Shown here piece by piece: positions 13,001-25,570 of a stretch of DNA of 64,000 nucleotides; the first letter of the stretch is position 1, and every line of letters begins with the position of its first letter. The notes under the pieces were generated by a model, which saw only the letters and a program-made list of their open reading frames with translations, had not been told where the DNA came from and did not search any database. The DNA comes from Vicugna vicugna (Eukaryota): assembly GCA_013265495.1 (NCBI GenBank), contig MU058384.1, forward strand, positions 867,622-931,621, in the 5' to 3' direction. The translations under genes were made by a program, and so were the position numbers.

Positions 13001-13489
13001 AACTATGGAGGGTACATGGCATCTGGCTTCAAACTGATTCAGAGAACAAGCACTTTCATCCTTACTCAGAAATCCATCCCAAAAGACTCCTGAAGGGCCT
13101 TTCTCCTGCTACAACTCAAACTTACCTGGAGAAGTTTCCCTAAATTTCCAGCACTGCCTGCAGTGGACTTGTACCTGCTGGAGGCAAGCATGACTGGTAC
13201 TTGAATCATGGTACTTGTGCTCCAGTTACTCTGTTGCTGGTGATTTCCTACCTGCATCAAATGACACTGGAGTTCACCCATGTCTTCACGTACTAATGCC
13301 CCATTAATGTGTGTCCTCCACCAGAGGGTATGTTCGAATCAGTAGGGAAATATTTATTATAAACATTACTACCAAGCCGATGACACGAGCCAGGAGGTTC
13401 TCATCACATGTGTGAAGTTCCAGAGCAGTCTCCAAGCATTCTGTTCTCATCTCTAAGTGCACCCTCATGAAGAGTAACCATGCAGATCA

Positions 13490-13830
13490 GGATAACGGCA
13501 GACTCTGAATTGAGACAGGCTTGCAGATTGACTCCCTGCTCCACTGGGTATCAGCTAGGGATCTTCTGGAATGTGACTTAACTTTTGATCTTCAAGTTTC
13601 CTCCTATACTAAAATAAATATAGCTAGCTAGCTAGCTAGATAAACACAGATGAGTATATATATATATAGTATATATAATTTACCAATATTATATATTATA
13701 TGTAATATATAATAGATAATTTAATATTAGGTAACATAATAATTACCTAAGAGCTTTGTTTTTGTTGTTGTAATGTTTTAATGAGAGAATCTAAGGCAAT
13801 TAGTACACTGCCTGAGCAGAGTAAATGATA
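13490..13830 (+). mobile_element. MIR split by an (AGCT)n/AT-rich low-complexity block
   Basis: gactctgaattgagacagg...tgacttaactt...agtttcctc...aaaat, then tgttttaatgaga...acactgcctg...agtaa. Confidence 0.5.
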
Positions 13831-13832
13831 AA

Positions 13833-14058
13833 CTTTTTTTTAATTAAAGTATAGTTGATTTACAATGTTTTAGTTTCTATCGTACAGTAAAGTGATTCAG
13901 ATTCTTTTCCACACTCTTCTCCATTGTGGTTTATTACAGGATATTGACTGTAATTCCCTGTGCTTGTAGGGAATAGTAGGACCCTATTGTTCATCTGTTC
14001 TACGTATAGTTGTTTGTATCTGCTAATCCCAAACTCCTAATTTACCCCTGCCCTACCC
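13833..14058 (-). mobile_element. Artiodactyl-type L1 3' end
   Basis: T-tract then aattaaagtatagttgatttacaatg...aagtgattcag...tattacaggatattga...tatctgctaatcccaaactcctaattta. Confidence 0.85.
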
Positions 14059-16084
14059 GAACAAATTCTGTTACTTTCAGTTGCTATTGCCAATTGATCA
14101 TCCTTCCCCTTGAGGAAGTTCTAACAGACTTTGTGTGACCCCAGAGTCTTTCATAAAACCTCCATTTGTATCTGCACTTGACAGCAGTTTATCATCTTAA
14201 TTGACTAAATCAATTGTCATGTTAATTGCACTGGTTTTAGAGAGTAAAGAATAAGGCCCTGGGAAGCCAGATAAAGCAGGAAGACCCTTGTTCCCTGGCC
14301 GGGAAGGGTTTGAGCACAGAACTGAGAGACAAGATGGTGTCAGAGGTATTTGCCACTTAATCATTTGGCCTAGAACTAGCTCTTAGAAAACCTGGAGACT
14401 GAGGCCAGTTAGCAGCACTGTCAGGCTCTAACCCTCTCCTCTAATTCACATTTTGAACTCTCCTAGAAAATGGAGCTTTATGACAAGATGAATCCACAGG
14501 AAGAGGTGACTCAGAAAACTGGTTAAACTTGACTTTCTCTTCGCTGTTTCCTGTTTTCCTTACAAGTGATGTATTTTTGGCTCAGGGTCTTGTTATAAAC
14601 TGTCTGGGGCAGTTGTTTCATGATACTGTATTAAGCTGCTAAAAAGAGAGAATCCTGACTTAGCGAATGACTAAACTGTGTTTTCATCCTGAATAATGAC
14701 AGACCAACTAGACAATTGTAACTGAATTTTCCATCTCTTTCCTGACAACAGCACTGGGCTGTGGGGTTGAGTGTCCTTTAAATAGACAGATGCAGAAACT
14801 CTAAATGCTTGAGTCTTGTTTATTTTCATCCCTGTTCTATTTTTTAGACAATGGTACCGTCTTTGGTCAGCTAGTTGTTTTCCTAGGAAACTTCAGCTAT
14901 GGAATTTCTTAGCACGGAAGTTGATGTCTCCTTTCTTTAGATTGTTTTCCAAACATTTAAGATTTTAGTGATAGGAATAAATCTAACCTGCTCTTTTGAA
15001 ACTTTGCTCTATATAAGATGCTTTCTCATAGAGAAGCACATTCTGTCTCAGTTTGACATCAAATGATTTTATTGCTGATAAGAAAGTGACTTCAGAATGA
15101 GTTCATATGACAGAGCAAAATGAATTTTAAGACAATAGAAAATCTCTTTGCATCTCTCTATGTAAAATAAGTGATTCTGTTTATTGATCTGAGAGCTAAA
15201 GTGCCTACTGCCATCCTAACCCAGTACCAAGGAAATACATTGCCAGTAAGTCCAAGAGCTTAATAAAAGTATTTTAAAAATCACAGTATTTAAAGGTATA
15301 TCATGGTGTAAAATTACTTCACTAAGTGTTACCACCTGGTATATGTGAATATATCTACTTATAAATTCATATTTGCTAATAAAGCGAGAGAGAGAATTAA
15401 AATAGATCTTTTCACAATATTCTTGACTATTTCTATTAACTATTTAAAATGTTGTATAGATATTTCATCAAGTCCTACATGCTCTAGGAAAGTATTTTAG
15501 GAATTTGTCACATAGAACTGGATGACAACTGGGGTTTCACTACAAAGACGTAAATCAAATTAGTGACTTTCAGATTGGCATGAGCTGTGTGGAATCTGAA
15601 ATAATGAGCTTTAAAATCTGTAATTACTTACCCTTCTTTTCAACCTATATTTTATTAGTTTCCAAAGGTAGCAGAATTGTATTTCAAATACCTCTCTGTA
15701 CCACAATAAAGCAATCATTCTGTGTTCTTCCCTAACGTTTATGGCTTCAGCCTTGGCAGCATTTTATGTCTTATTGATAACAATTGCAAACAGTATTCTA
15801 TTTAGAAGAATTTATTTTGAAAAGCCTATCCCTGAGATTTTATCAAAAGTTTTCTACCATCTACATACAATCCCCAAATTGAAAAATAGAAGGTAGACAA
15901 AATTTCTTATATAGTTTGGTCTTGTTGGGTTCCTGATAGTGGAGTTAATTCTAAGTCCTGGGGAGCTTGTTTTCTTGGAAAATGATTTCAGCCATCTAAA
16001 TTTTTTTTTTCTGAAAAGTTTACATGCAAACAGGCAAAAAACAACCCCCCCCAACTCTCCATATTGATTCTCATGTAGTAAGTT

Positions 16085-16220
16085 CATGACCTGGTTTCAA
16101 ATCCCAGCTTTGACAGAAACTGAATGTGTTAACTTAGGCAAATTGTTTAATCTTTTTCTGAGCTTCTGCTTTCTCACTGGCAAAATGGGTGCAATAACTT
16201 TATCTACATTTAGGAAGGTG
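16085..16220 (+). mobile_element. MIR core fragment
   Basis: gacctggtttcaaatcccagct...aacttaggcaaattgtttaatct...ctgagcttctgctttctcac...aaaatggg. Confidence 0.65.
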
Positions 16221-16644
16221 TGCTAGAGACTGTGGTTTCATCATACTCATTTTCTCTGTCCTCTGAGTGCACTGGGGGCACTGTTTTTCATGTCTTCTTG
16301 CAATTGGTTGTGGCCAGTGCAACATGAATGGAGGTGACATGTGCCTCTCCCCGAATTGGCCCTCAAAAAAATCCTCTTGCATTGATGCAGGAAAACGGAT
16401 GTGGGGCGTGAGAAGGGCCGTGTCTCAGGTTTCGGTTGAGCCCCTGGGATGTGCCCCACCAAGTGTGGGTCCTTGGTTTCGCGCAGGAAAGAATTCAAGA
16501 GCGAGCCACAGTTGAGTAAAGGTAGATTTATTCAGAGAGATACATTGAAATGTTAGAGAGAGGCTGCGAGGTGTGGGGATTGGGTGCTCAGATTAAAAGT
16601 AGGTTCACATTCCATAGACAGAGTGTGGGCTGTCTCCAAATGGG

Positions 16645-16682
<38 letters not shown>

Positions 16683-17273
16683 CTGTGAGGGGCAGTGTTG
16701 CCCATTTTTTATGGGCTCAGTGGCTTCATATGCAAATAAGTGGAAGGCCCAGTCTAACTAGCCTGGGGAAAGGGCTGGGATTCCCAGGAATTTGGCCATT
16801 TCCCACTCTTTGACCTCTTGTGGCTAGCCTTGGGACTGCCATGGTGCCTGTGGGCGTGTTACTTACCGTGCTAATATATTACAATAAGCATATAATGGAG
16901 CTCAAGGTCTACTAGAAGTTAAATCTCCCATCATCTTGAGCCTCAAGGCCTCCTGGGGGTTGACTCTTTCACCATTTTGATGTTAATTGCCGTAGCATTC
17001 CTTGAATGGCTGTGCCCTGCCCTCTTCCTGTCTCAGCGTGATCCGCCAATGTCTCTACTCTTCTGCCAAATGGAAAGAACTTTTAGGATCTAGTGGATAG
17101 AAGCTATGGGATGGAATTTGCTTAGGGTTCTGAATGACCTTCCAGCATAGACCATTTGCAGAAGAGGAACATCTACATTTAAGTTTGAATGAGGGTGATA
17201 CAAACTTTTATTTGAAAGCCAACAAACTTCGGAGATTTTTTTGTACCGCTGCTAGCATTACGAACCCTAATAT
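16221..17273 (+). mobile_element. Old MLT1 (H-K-like) LTR interrupted by the ERV1-type LTR
   Basis: 5' part 16221-16382 (gaggtgacatgtgcc...) and 3' part 17036-17273 (aaacttttattt...aagcc...gagatttttttgt...ccctaata) read as one element across the insertion. Confidence 0.55.
16383..17035 (-). mobile_element. Relatively young ERV1-type solo LTR (653 bp)
   Basis: TG...CA termini; flanks GCAT (16379-16382) and GCGT (17036-17039) as a 4-bp TSD with one mismatch; minus-strand AATAAA at 16527-16532; CATAAAA TATA-like box near 16706-16713; CpGs retained; internal (GA)17. Confidence 0.85.
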
Positions 17274-17274
17274 C

Positions 17275-17395
17275 AGCTCCCTGCTAGACTGAGAGCTCCA
17301 GGAACTCCCTGATCCCTCCTATCCATTGTGCTACTACCACCATGTGAATGAGCGCAGTGCCTAAAACATGGTGAGGTACTCAAAATAGAAATGAA
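17275..17395 (+). mobile_element. L2 3' tail
   Basis: ccctgctagactgagagctcc...cagtgcctaaaacatggtgaggtactcaa. Confidence 0.5.
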
Positions 17396-17739
17396 AATGC
17401 ACGTACGACTGAAAAAACACTTGTAAAGCAGCCTACACACATGTGCTTTATAAGTCACAGCTATTTTCATTGTGCTCTTATTTTATTATATTATGTATTA
17501 TATTTCAGTTATTGATTATTTTATTTATAGTTAGAGAATTTTACTTCTTTCTGTGTTCAACATTTTCCTTAATTAGACTCTTAGTCTTCTTGAGGAAGAG
17601 TACAGCTGCTATCTCGCAGATCCTCTGGTCCCTAGCTTCCACATATAGTGAAATCACTTTTAGCCTTTTGTAGAACATGGCTATTTTTATCAAAGTATGA
17701 ATATACTCCAAGATGATTCATTTTAATGAGTTACTTTTT

Positions 17740-17830
17740 CAAGTGAGTTATTATTCAAATTGGTTAGCGTTTATAAAGTTCTTAGAATCATGCCTGGCAC
17801 ATGGAAAGTGCTGTATAAATGTCTGTTTAA
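17740..17830 (+). mobile_element. MIR 3' fragment
   Basis: taaagttcttagaatcatgcctggcacatggaaagtgctgtataaatgt. Confidence 0.55.
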
Positions 17831-18078
17831 AAAAAAAAGTGTCATCTTTAGTCTACGTTTGCATTTCTCTTTCCAGTCCAAAACAAATTCTTTTTTCATT
17901 GATCTTCAGTTTCCATGTGAGATAATTTTAACTCATACTTTATGTTGTTGTCTGTCCCATGAAGCTTCTGTTTGGCTTTTGGCACACAGATACTTCCACT
18001 GATGTCCAAGCCTTGTCATGAGCATAAAAATCACTCTCCTTCAAACTGCCACACAGATTCACCAACAAGCTTCATATT

Positions 18079-18321
18079 CTGAGGTGTACTGCAGCCATCT
18101 CAACTGACTTGCAGGGACCAGTTTTTAACATTTCTTCCAAACTCTGTATTCAGTGACCTCATATGGGCAGCTTGACATCAGCCACTGTAGGTTAATTACA
18201 CCATGGAAACTGGCAGATTCTACAAATAAGGATTCTCTCAAGTTCTTTCTCTCCTGTGCATTCTCTCTTATTCTCCTATTTTTGGAGAGCCAGTTGTTAC
18301 AAATTTCCCAGCACTTCTCTG
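18079..18321. mobile_element. MER63-like hAT non-autonomous element
   Basis: actctgtattcagtgac...cagcttgacatcagcca...ttacaccatggaaactggca...gagagccagttgtta...ccagcac. Confidence 0.7.
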
Positions 18322-20609
18322 GGACCTTGATGTTTACAAACTCTAAAAGAAGATACTTCATAAGAAAGCTAAGATAAATCAGGGTACCAACTGATATACA
18401 ACAACTCAATATCAAAGAAAAGAAGGTGGTTCCCATTCTCTTCCATTAATTCAGAAATTCATATGATGCCTGAAAAATAATAGGCATGAAATGCTTGTTG
18501 AATAAATGATACAGTTTGGAAACAATAGACACTTTTGTTAGGATAATTTTTAACTTTTACTGAGCACTTACTAGATGACAAACACTAGTTCAACTGATTG
18601 ACAGAATCCTCAGAAAAATGGCATGATGTTAATAATATCTTTATTCTACAAACATAAAAGTGAGGGACAAAAACTGTAGTTATGGCTAGGAGCTAAATTG
18701 GTAATTATATTGTTGAAAAATGCTTGATTTATAATTCACTATACTTTAGGTACAACTCAGATTCTGCCTTTCTTTGCAAAACTGGAATACCAGACTGTAG
18801 CCCATACTTTCTAGTAAGATAGATCAATGGAAGCATAAATGATTTTACCGGAAGCTTCTATTTTGATCAAGCATCAAGTATTTAGTTTACCACTTTCCTC
18901 GATGCCTGGGTGTGATTTTCTACTTGATTGATTTACCTTAGTTTTGTGAGCTTTCTGATCTCTAGAAGCAGTTGAAGCTGTGATTCCTGAAGTAATACTG
19001 GAACCCAGTTCCAAAGCCTGTACTCTTAACCCATGTGACGTTATGATAAAAGATAAATGTTTAACACAAACTAGAGCTATTTCAACTTATCTTGGTTGCT
19101 ATTATAGTGTTAAAAATTGAGCTGCTTTCACATGTGATTTTGTGTAATATGATACATGGATATATATTTGGCTTTGCACATATTTGTCCACCTATATTGG
19201 CACACACACACATAAAATCTACAACTTTATAACCATCAAAAAGGTTGCTTTCAAAAAAAAAGCTTCAGGAGACATTGACCTGAATGAACATATTGCCATC
19301 TCAGCACTTGCTTCCTAACTGAGCAACCGGTTTCTATTAAAATTCAGATTCCCAGTCTATTCACTCAGTCCAGGCTTCTGGTGTACGAGTGGCTATTCTA
19401 TTTCCTGAATGAGCTTAACGGCTCTGGCAGGAATCCAAGCCAGTTCATATATCTATTATGCACATGCATATCAGATAGCAAATACTACTGTAATGATATT
19501 GATGTTATTTTAGATGAAGTTTTCCAGCTACTTGATTGTTCTGAAGCAGATGTTATGAAGACAGCTGGCTACGTCCTCATTTCCAGGGAACACAGGATGG
19601 AAGGTAGAATGATATAATCAACATGGAAGTCGTCCGCAAGTGTTTCCAGTGTGTGGGAGCGGTGTCCCAGAAACAAAAGAGAACTCTTTCACAATAGATT
19701 CTACATTTCTGGGCTGAAATGCCTTACAGTAGCTTCTGACCATTAGACAATCCTGTTTTCCTGTCACCCATGAAGACAGATTGTGGGCTGAGTGTTTTGG
19801 AGAAGAAAAACATGCTTTTTATCCATGATGCTTTTCCAAGCAAGCTCATCTTCTTTGTTACGTTATGGGAGAAAAGAAAGATCAGAAAATGAGCGAAGGG
19901 GAAGTTTTATACGAACTTGAAGTTCACATAGACAGCCTCTGCTCTTTAGCCAGGCACAGAGGAATTTGTCTGTGCAACTAAGACTAAGTATAAAATAACC
20001 ACAGGGAGAAGAAATTAAGAGGTTTTGCTTTTTCTGAGGCATCTGTATCATTTTAGACTATAGCACAGAGACTTTCTCAGTGTTAGGCATCACTAAACCA
20101 CCGTGATGCCATTACCCAGACCTGTCAATTCCTCGTCCTGGGAGTTAAGACTTAGACGCTAAACTAACAGCAGTGCCGAGCAGGGCCAAGGCGTAAAGGC
20201 CCAAGTTCGTTGTGAGGCATGAAAAACAGGAATTGCTCAAGTTTGCTGTGACTTGAGAGAGAAAAGATCGCATCTGCCAGGACCATACGACTCATGGACA
20301 TTAAAGTTAAGTCGTGAGGCTAGATTTCAAACAGAAACATTCCAAAATATGTACGTTGTAATATCTTTCTTTCCCCTTCCCTCCTGTTCTCTGTATGTTT
20401 GAAATCTTGACTTGGATTCAGTGGTTGAGTGTTATTTATAGGCATGACTCATCAGTACTCTGAAATGGTTAACATGCAAAGAACTAACTCACCCAACAGT
20501 GAGGAAGCCACTGGGGAGAATCTGGGTTCCAGAGAATAATGACTCATTCTAATACTCTTTCATAAATATATTAGCAAATAACACGTTATAACAAGTGGTG
20601 TCTTCTTCG

Positions 20610-20611
<2 letters not shown>

Positions 20612-20651
<40 letters not shown>
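20612..20651. repeat. (CA)20 microsatellite
   Basis: Perfect dinucleotide run. Confidence 0.98.
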
Positions 20652-20654
<3 letters not shown>

Positions 20655-21824
20655 CAGCTCGTGATAAAATCACAGGGATACCATTTTTATCTGCTTATTG
20701 TCTTCATGTTTACCAGAACATCCAGATGTCAAAAAGATCGAAGTACATGAATGTCTATTTGCTTATGTTGCTTCATTAAAGTTGATAGGAATACAAGGGC
20801 GGTCACAAAATTCAGCAACATTAGCTTCCAGCAGGACGGAAACAGTGACTGAAAGGCATGTTCTGTTTTGCTTATAAAGTAACATGATACACTTTACTCC
20901 CACCTGCTTCTCTGTCTTCTGAATTATATGCTCCTTTCAGGCCCACCCACAGATAGTCTCTACTTAGTGAATCACTTGACTGTCCTTTATTCTACAAAAT
21001 GCCATTTCATAACATTTTATGCCATTAAATGGATCCTTATATGCTAAGCTGAACAGTGACTTCAAGCTCTGATGAAAAGTAAGAGTAAATATTAAGGTAA
21101 CATTAATTATTAAGAAAATCCAGCCCTAATGAACTTTAAGTTTGAATGAGATTCTTATTTGATAGTAGGATTACAAATGGAGCATTAACAGTGATTAGAA
21201 GCCCAATAAAGTACCTATGTTACTGAGTGCTTGTTTACTAGTACGCCTTTTGCTTTCAGAGGCTGGTGTGACTGTGGTCCTATTCAGTGTTTCACCACCA
21301 TTAATGATGGACTCAGATGGCATCGGATGGCATAGCCAGCCTGATCTTTTCTCCGTCCCAACAATAGGATAGAAGGCTAGAAGGACATAAATAAAGCTAC
21401 GATCCTAGGCAAATGTTTCCCTGAGCAACAAGAATAAAATAAAATTATAAATATCACTCAATATCATTTTATCAAAGCCACAAGAGAGAAGCGTCTGCGT
21501 TTAATTGCAGGGGGCGAGAGAAAAAATACAATGCATTAAGTTTCACTTTTGCATTTACTGTCAGAAAGCAAGACTGGGGGTTTCAAATTACAGCCAGCTC
21601 ACTGTAGACACACTAATTTACCCTCTTCACCTCCTTCAGAGAAGTCTGGGCTCTTTTTTGTTTCTGTATCATTTCTTCTCTTCCATGGCATTTTGATCAT
21701 TATGTTAACTCAATGTTTTCAAAGTGGTCATCAAGATACAAATAAAACAAGTGAGTTTATTCATTAACATCAACATCAATAGGTGTATATTATATATTAA
21801 ATGTATTAACTCCTATAAAATGGC

Positions 21825-22040
21825 AGATGTTAACTGAGAATGTATTATACATACCAGGCATTGTTCTATAACACTAGGATATCTTAACTTAGTCAATCCT
21901 TACAAAATTCTATGTAATAGATACCGATGCTGCTCTTTTTCACAGCTGAAGCTAAGACAGAGACCTACCCAGCTTGTAGGTGTCGGTGCTGGTATATCCA
22001 GAGCCTGACTGCAGAACCTGTTCCCCTAATCTCTCTACTC
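21825..22040 (-). mobile_element. MIR
   Basis: taactgagaatgtatta...ccaggcattgttcta...aatccttacaaaattctatg...cctgactgcagaacctgttcccctaa. Confidence 0.55.
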
Positions 22041-25000
22041 TGCAAGGAGAGTTTATAAGGTTATTGTATTTTTATATCTTCAACAAAATCAGAACACTTT
22101 TTTTACTTCTCCATATAACTATATCACAAAATCAATACAATAACTGACTAAATAATTAAATAAATGACAAATGTCTTTTCGTTGAGCTGGATAGCTTTTA
22201 ATTTGGTAAATATTTTTAACAGTCCTATATCAAATTCTATTTTGTTTTGAAATGAGTTGAACATGAATAGAAATAACCTAGAAATGAAAAATTATGATGT
22301 GGGGGGAGAACTGAAACACATACTATGCTTTTGCAAATTTCTTATACTAGTATAATTTTTGGTCATTTTGGGCACTTAGTATTTTTCTAGTTAAAAAGTA
22401 AACAAAAGAATAGTAGCTAAAGCATAAGATGACAAGTGCCAGCCTTAAATACCGGGGTCTGCTACAGAAAATGAGGACTCATCCACTTCTGAGGGGACAG
22501 CATCAGCAGCCCCAGCGCCTCCCCAGAAGTCCTGAGGATTGTCAGAAGCTGGAGTCAGAGCACTGTTCTTGCATTACCAATGAGGCAAGCCACAACCACT
22601 AAGAAGAGCAGAATTAGGATGACAGGATTAAGGAGGATAATTAAAGGACATGCACAATCAATACCATATGTACAGTGTTAGATGGAAAAGGTCAGTATTA
22701 AACACTGACTAAGAACTGATGGAACAGGGCATTGAAAAACAAGGTGTAGGGAAGGGGATTAAACAGAATTTAGAAAAAGACGGAGAAAAGGAAGAAATTA
22801 TAAAACTTACATTTCTGTTTGGAGGAAGCCTATTCCAGGGAACAAAAGTAAAACATTGCTTAATTCCATTGGTACAATCAGCCATTAACTATGAAGTCAT
22901 TAAGTTTAAAAAACTTTTTTTTTAAATTTTGACTTTATGGCTCTCATCTGGACATTCAGATGAATTAGTCATGCATATTATTCCACACAAACTTACATGA
23001 GTTTTTTCCTCCACATTTAAGGTAAACTTAGTGTCTGAAAAGACCATGTAGAACAATGTGACAAAAATTTTTTGTTATGGGTTATTAATAATTCCCCTTT
23101 TGACTCTACCTAAAGGTGTAAACACAATGACAAGAAAACTATAATGTGATAAGAGGATCACCAATATAACAGAAAATTATATTTTAAGGTTTTTATATAA
23201 TATTAATAGGATTTAATATAATGGGGTTTTCATGCAAGATCAAGCATTGTCCATAATGCCTCTAGGTAACAAACAGTCCAATATTTCATGCTCATATATA
23301 GTATTGTAGATACATCACACATGATCTCTGCATATGAAGCTTTCTAGCCTAAACAAAAAATGTTGCAGGTTCATGATATTTAGAGTTTTTAGAGTTTCCA
23401 CTATGAACTTTTATGGATTAAAATGTGCTTCAGATTAAAATTTTCCTGTAAGATTGGAGTAGAAACATGTATCTATTATTATTCCAGTGTAACCTCTATA
23501 TAATTTAATATACTTATGTGTGTTTTATAAATAAAGCTTTCTAAAATTGTAATATTTAATCTATTTAAAAATATTGAATTTTAACATTCAATAGATGAAT
23601 GCATTTCAAGCATGATAATTCACAGTATTGATTCTAAAAGTAAAATTGAAGTGTTTAAATAATTTAACAAAATAGTTATAAAAACAACACACACTTCACA
23701 TGAAGAAAATATTATAATACATTAATATATTTCTGGGATGAATTGAAACATTCCTTTTCAATGTAGATTGACAACATTGCTTCTTTCTAAGATGAATTTA
23801 TGTTTCTTAAATTCAGTGATGGCTTTTTCTCTCATTGAAACCACAAAATTTTCCAAGTCTCATTTTTTACCTCATGTGTAATCTTTCAGTGTCTTCTTCA
23901 AAGAGAGAAATATACATAGTCAGAGAAAAATCCATTCATTTCTGGCACAAGTGAAATCCCCTCCTTCTCTGTATTACCCATCTAGCTGGAGCTCTGGATA
24001 CTGCAAAAACTCACAGGGACCCACTTTCATTTCTTTAATTTGCAAAGGAGTGGTCTATGCAAATCTGAGTTTAATGGATCCCGAGAGACCTCTCACAGCT
24101 TTTTGCAAATACCCCAGGTAAACTATCAAACTCACTGGACATCCATAGGAAAACCAATAAATTTCTTGTGGGTCTCTTGAGGTTCCTTCTGAATCCTGAA
24201 TCCTGTAATGACTGCTTGGTTTAGCCATTTGAGAGCTGATGAGGTTGTTGTTATGGAAAAAGAGCATAGGTTTTATGGTGCCTGTGAGGTTTCACACTAT
24301 TTTCTGCAATTAGCACAAATGTTGAATTAACAGACGAATTAATGGAAAAATTCATCTGGACTGCTCTCAAGTTCTAGTTTATCTCTTCCAGGGGTTGTTC
24401 TATGCAAGTGGTGCCCAATCCCTTAGTGTAGAAGGAGTCAGGGCATTTCTCAACAGTTTTCACATCTGTAAGGGAAATTGCAACCGTGAAAATGCTGGGA
24501 TTGGAAATGAAAGTGAAAAGTACTAGCATGGGATTCTGTCTGGTAAGGGCATGCAGAGGCTTCCCGTATTTGAAAAACAGGAGTTCCTTTCATCAACCTT
24601 TGCCCTGGTGTCTCCTTGGCCATTCCGCAGGAAGATGTTTGCAGACCGCTGGGATTTGTGATCCTTAAGAAAGAAGGCCCAGTCAGAGATTGTGACTGTA
24701 CACCTCTGTTTTCCATCCGTCATTGAACATTAGGGATTCTGCTCCAGATCCACTTCTGCATTTGGGTGTCATGTGGTAAACATATAAAACTCTGTATTTG
24801 CGTGCACCTTAACTCTAACTTGGAGAGGCTGGGCAATGAGTGCTTGATCTCACAAGAAGTAGCAGGTTACATGGCAATGGTTATACAGTAAAAGATAATT
24901 ACAGATATCAGCCAGAGATCATGTTGATAATCACTTCAGCTAATATCCAAATTTGGGGAATCCTGCTGAAATCCAAAATGTATTCCAAGTTGGCCAAAAT

Positions 25001-25094
25001 AAAATTTGTCGTAAATAAATTTTATTTATTTTATCATTTTATTAGCATCAGCTAATGATGACAATATGAATATTAGTAAGGCAGTGATGATGTT

Positions 25095-25290
25095 AATAAT
25101 AACATTTATTGAACAATTGGCAGGCACCAATTCTAAACATGTTACATGTATTATCACACCTTAATCTTACTATAAGTTGTTTTGCCTTCATTTCAGAAAT
25201 GAGAAGGTCAAGTCTTAGACACATGTGGATATTAACTAAGGTGGAATTTGATGCTAGGTGTTCTTATTCTAAATCCTTACCTTTTAGCCA
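25095..25290 (-). mobile_element. MIR
   Basis: aataacatttattgaaca...caggcac...ttctaaaca...acatgtattatc...ggaatttga...cttttagcca. Confidence 0.6.
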
Positions 25291-25348
25291 TTCGTTCCAT
25301 ACCACACTACTTCTCAGCTTCTTAACCATTCGTTCCATACCACACTAC

Positions 25349-25570
25349 ATTATATATATAATGGGTATAAGAAGAGTATATATATATATATAAGAATAAA
25401 TGTGTATATAATGGATATTACATATATAATTATATATTATATGCTATTATATATTATATATAATATATATTATATATTATAGGTATATAGTTATTATATT
25501 TATTATTAAAGGTATAAGAATGGGTGCATATACATATATATATATACATAAAGGGTATTATATATATATT
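25349..25570. repeat. Degenerate (TA)n low-complexity tract
   Basis: About 220 bp of almost pure A/T with repeated tatata runs. Confidence 0.9.

Noticed and set aside
13115..13281. Perfect minus-strand donor CAG|GTAAGT with a 71-aa ORF
   Set aside because: No strong matching acceptor and an unrecognised peptide; isolated consensus donors are common
25288..25348. Repeat-spacer-repeat resembling CRISPR
   Set aside because: Only two copies, 15-bp spacer, mammalian context, no cas genes
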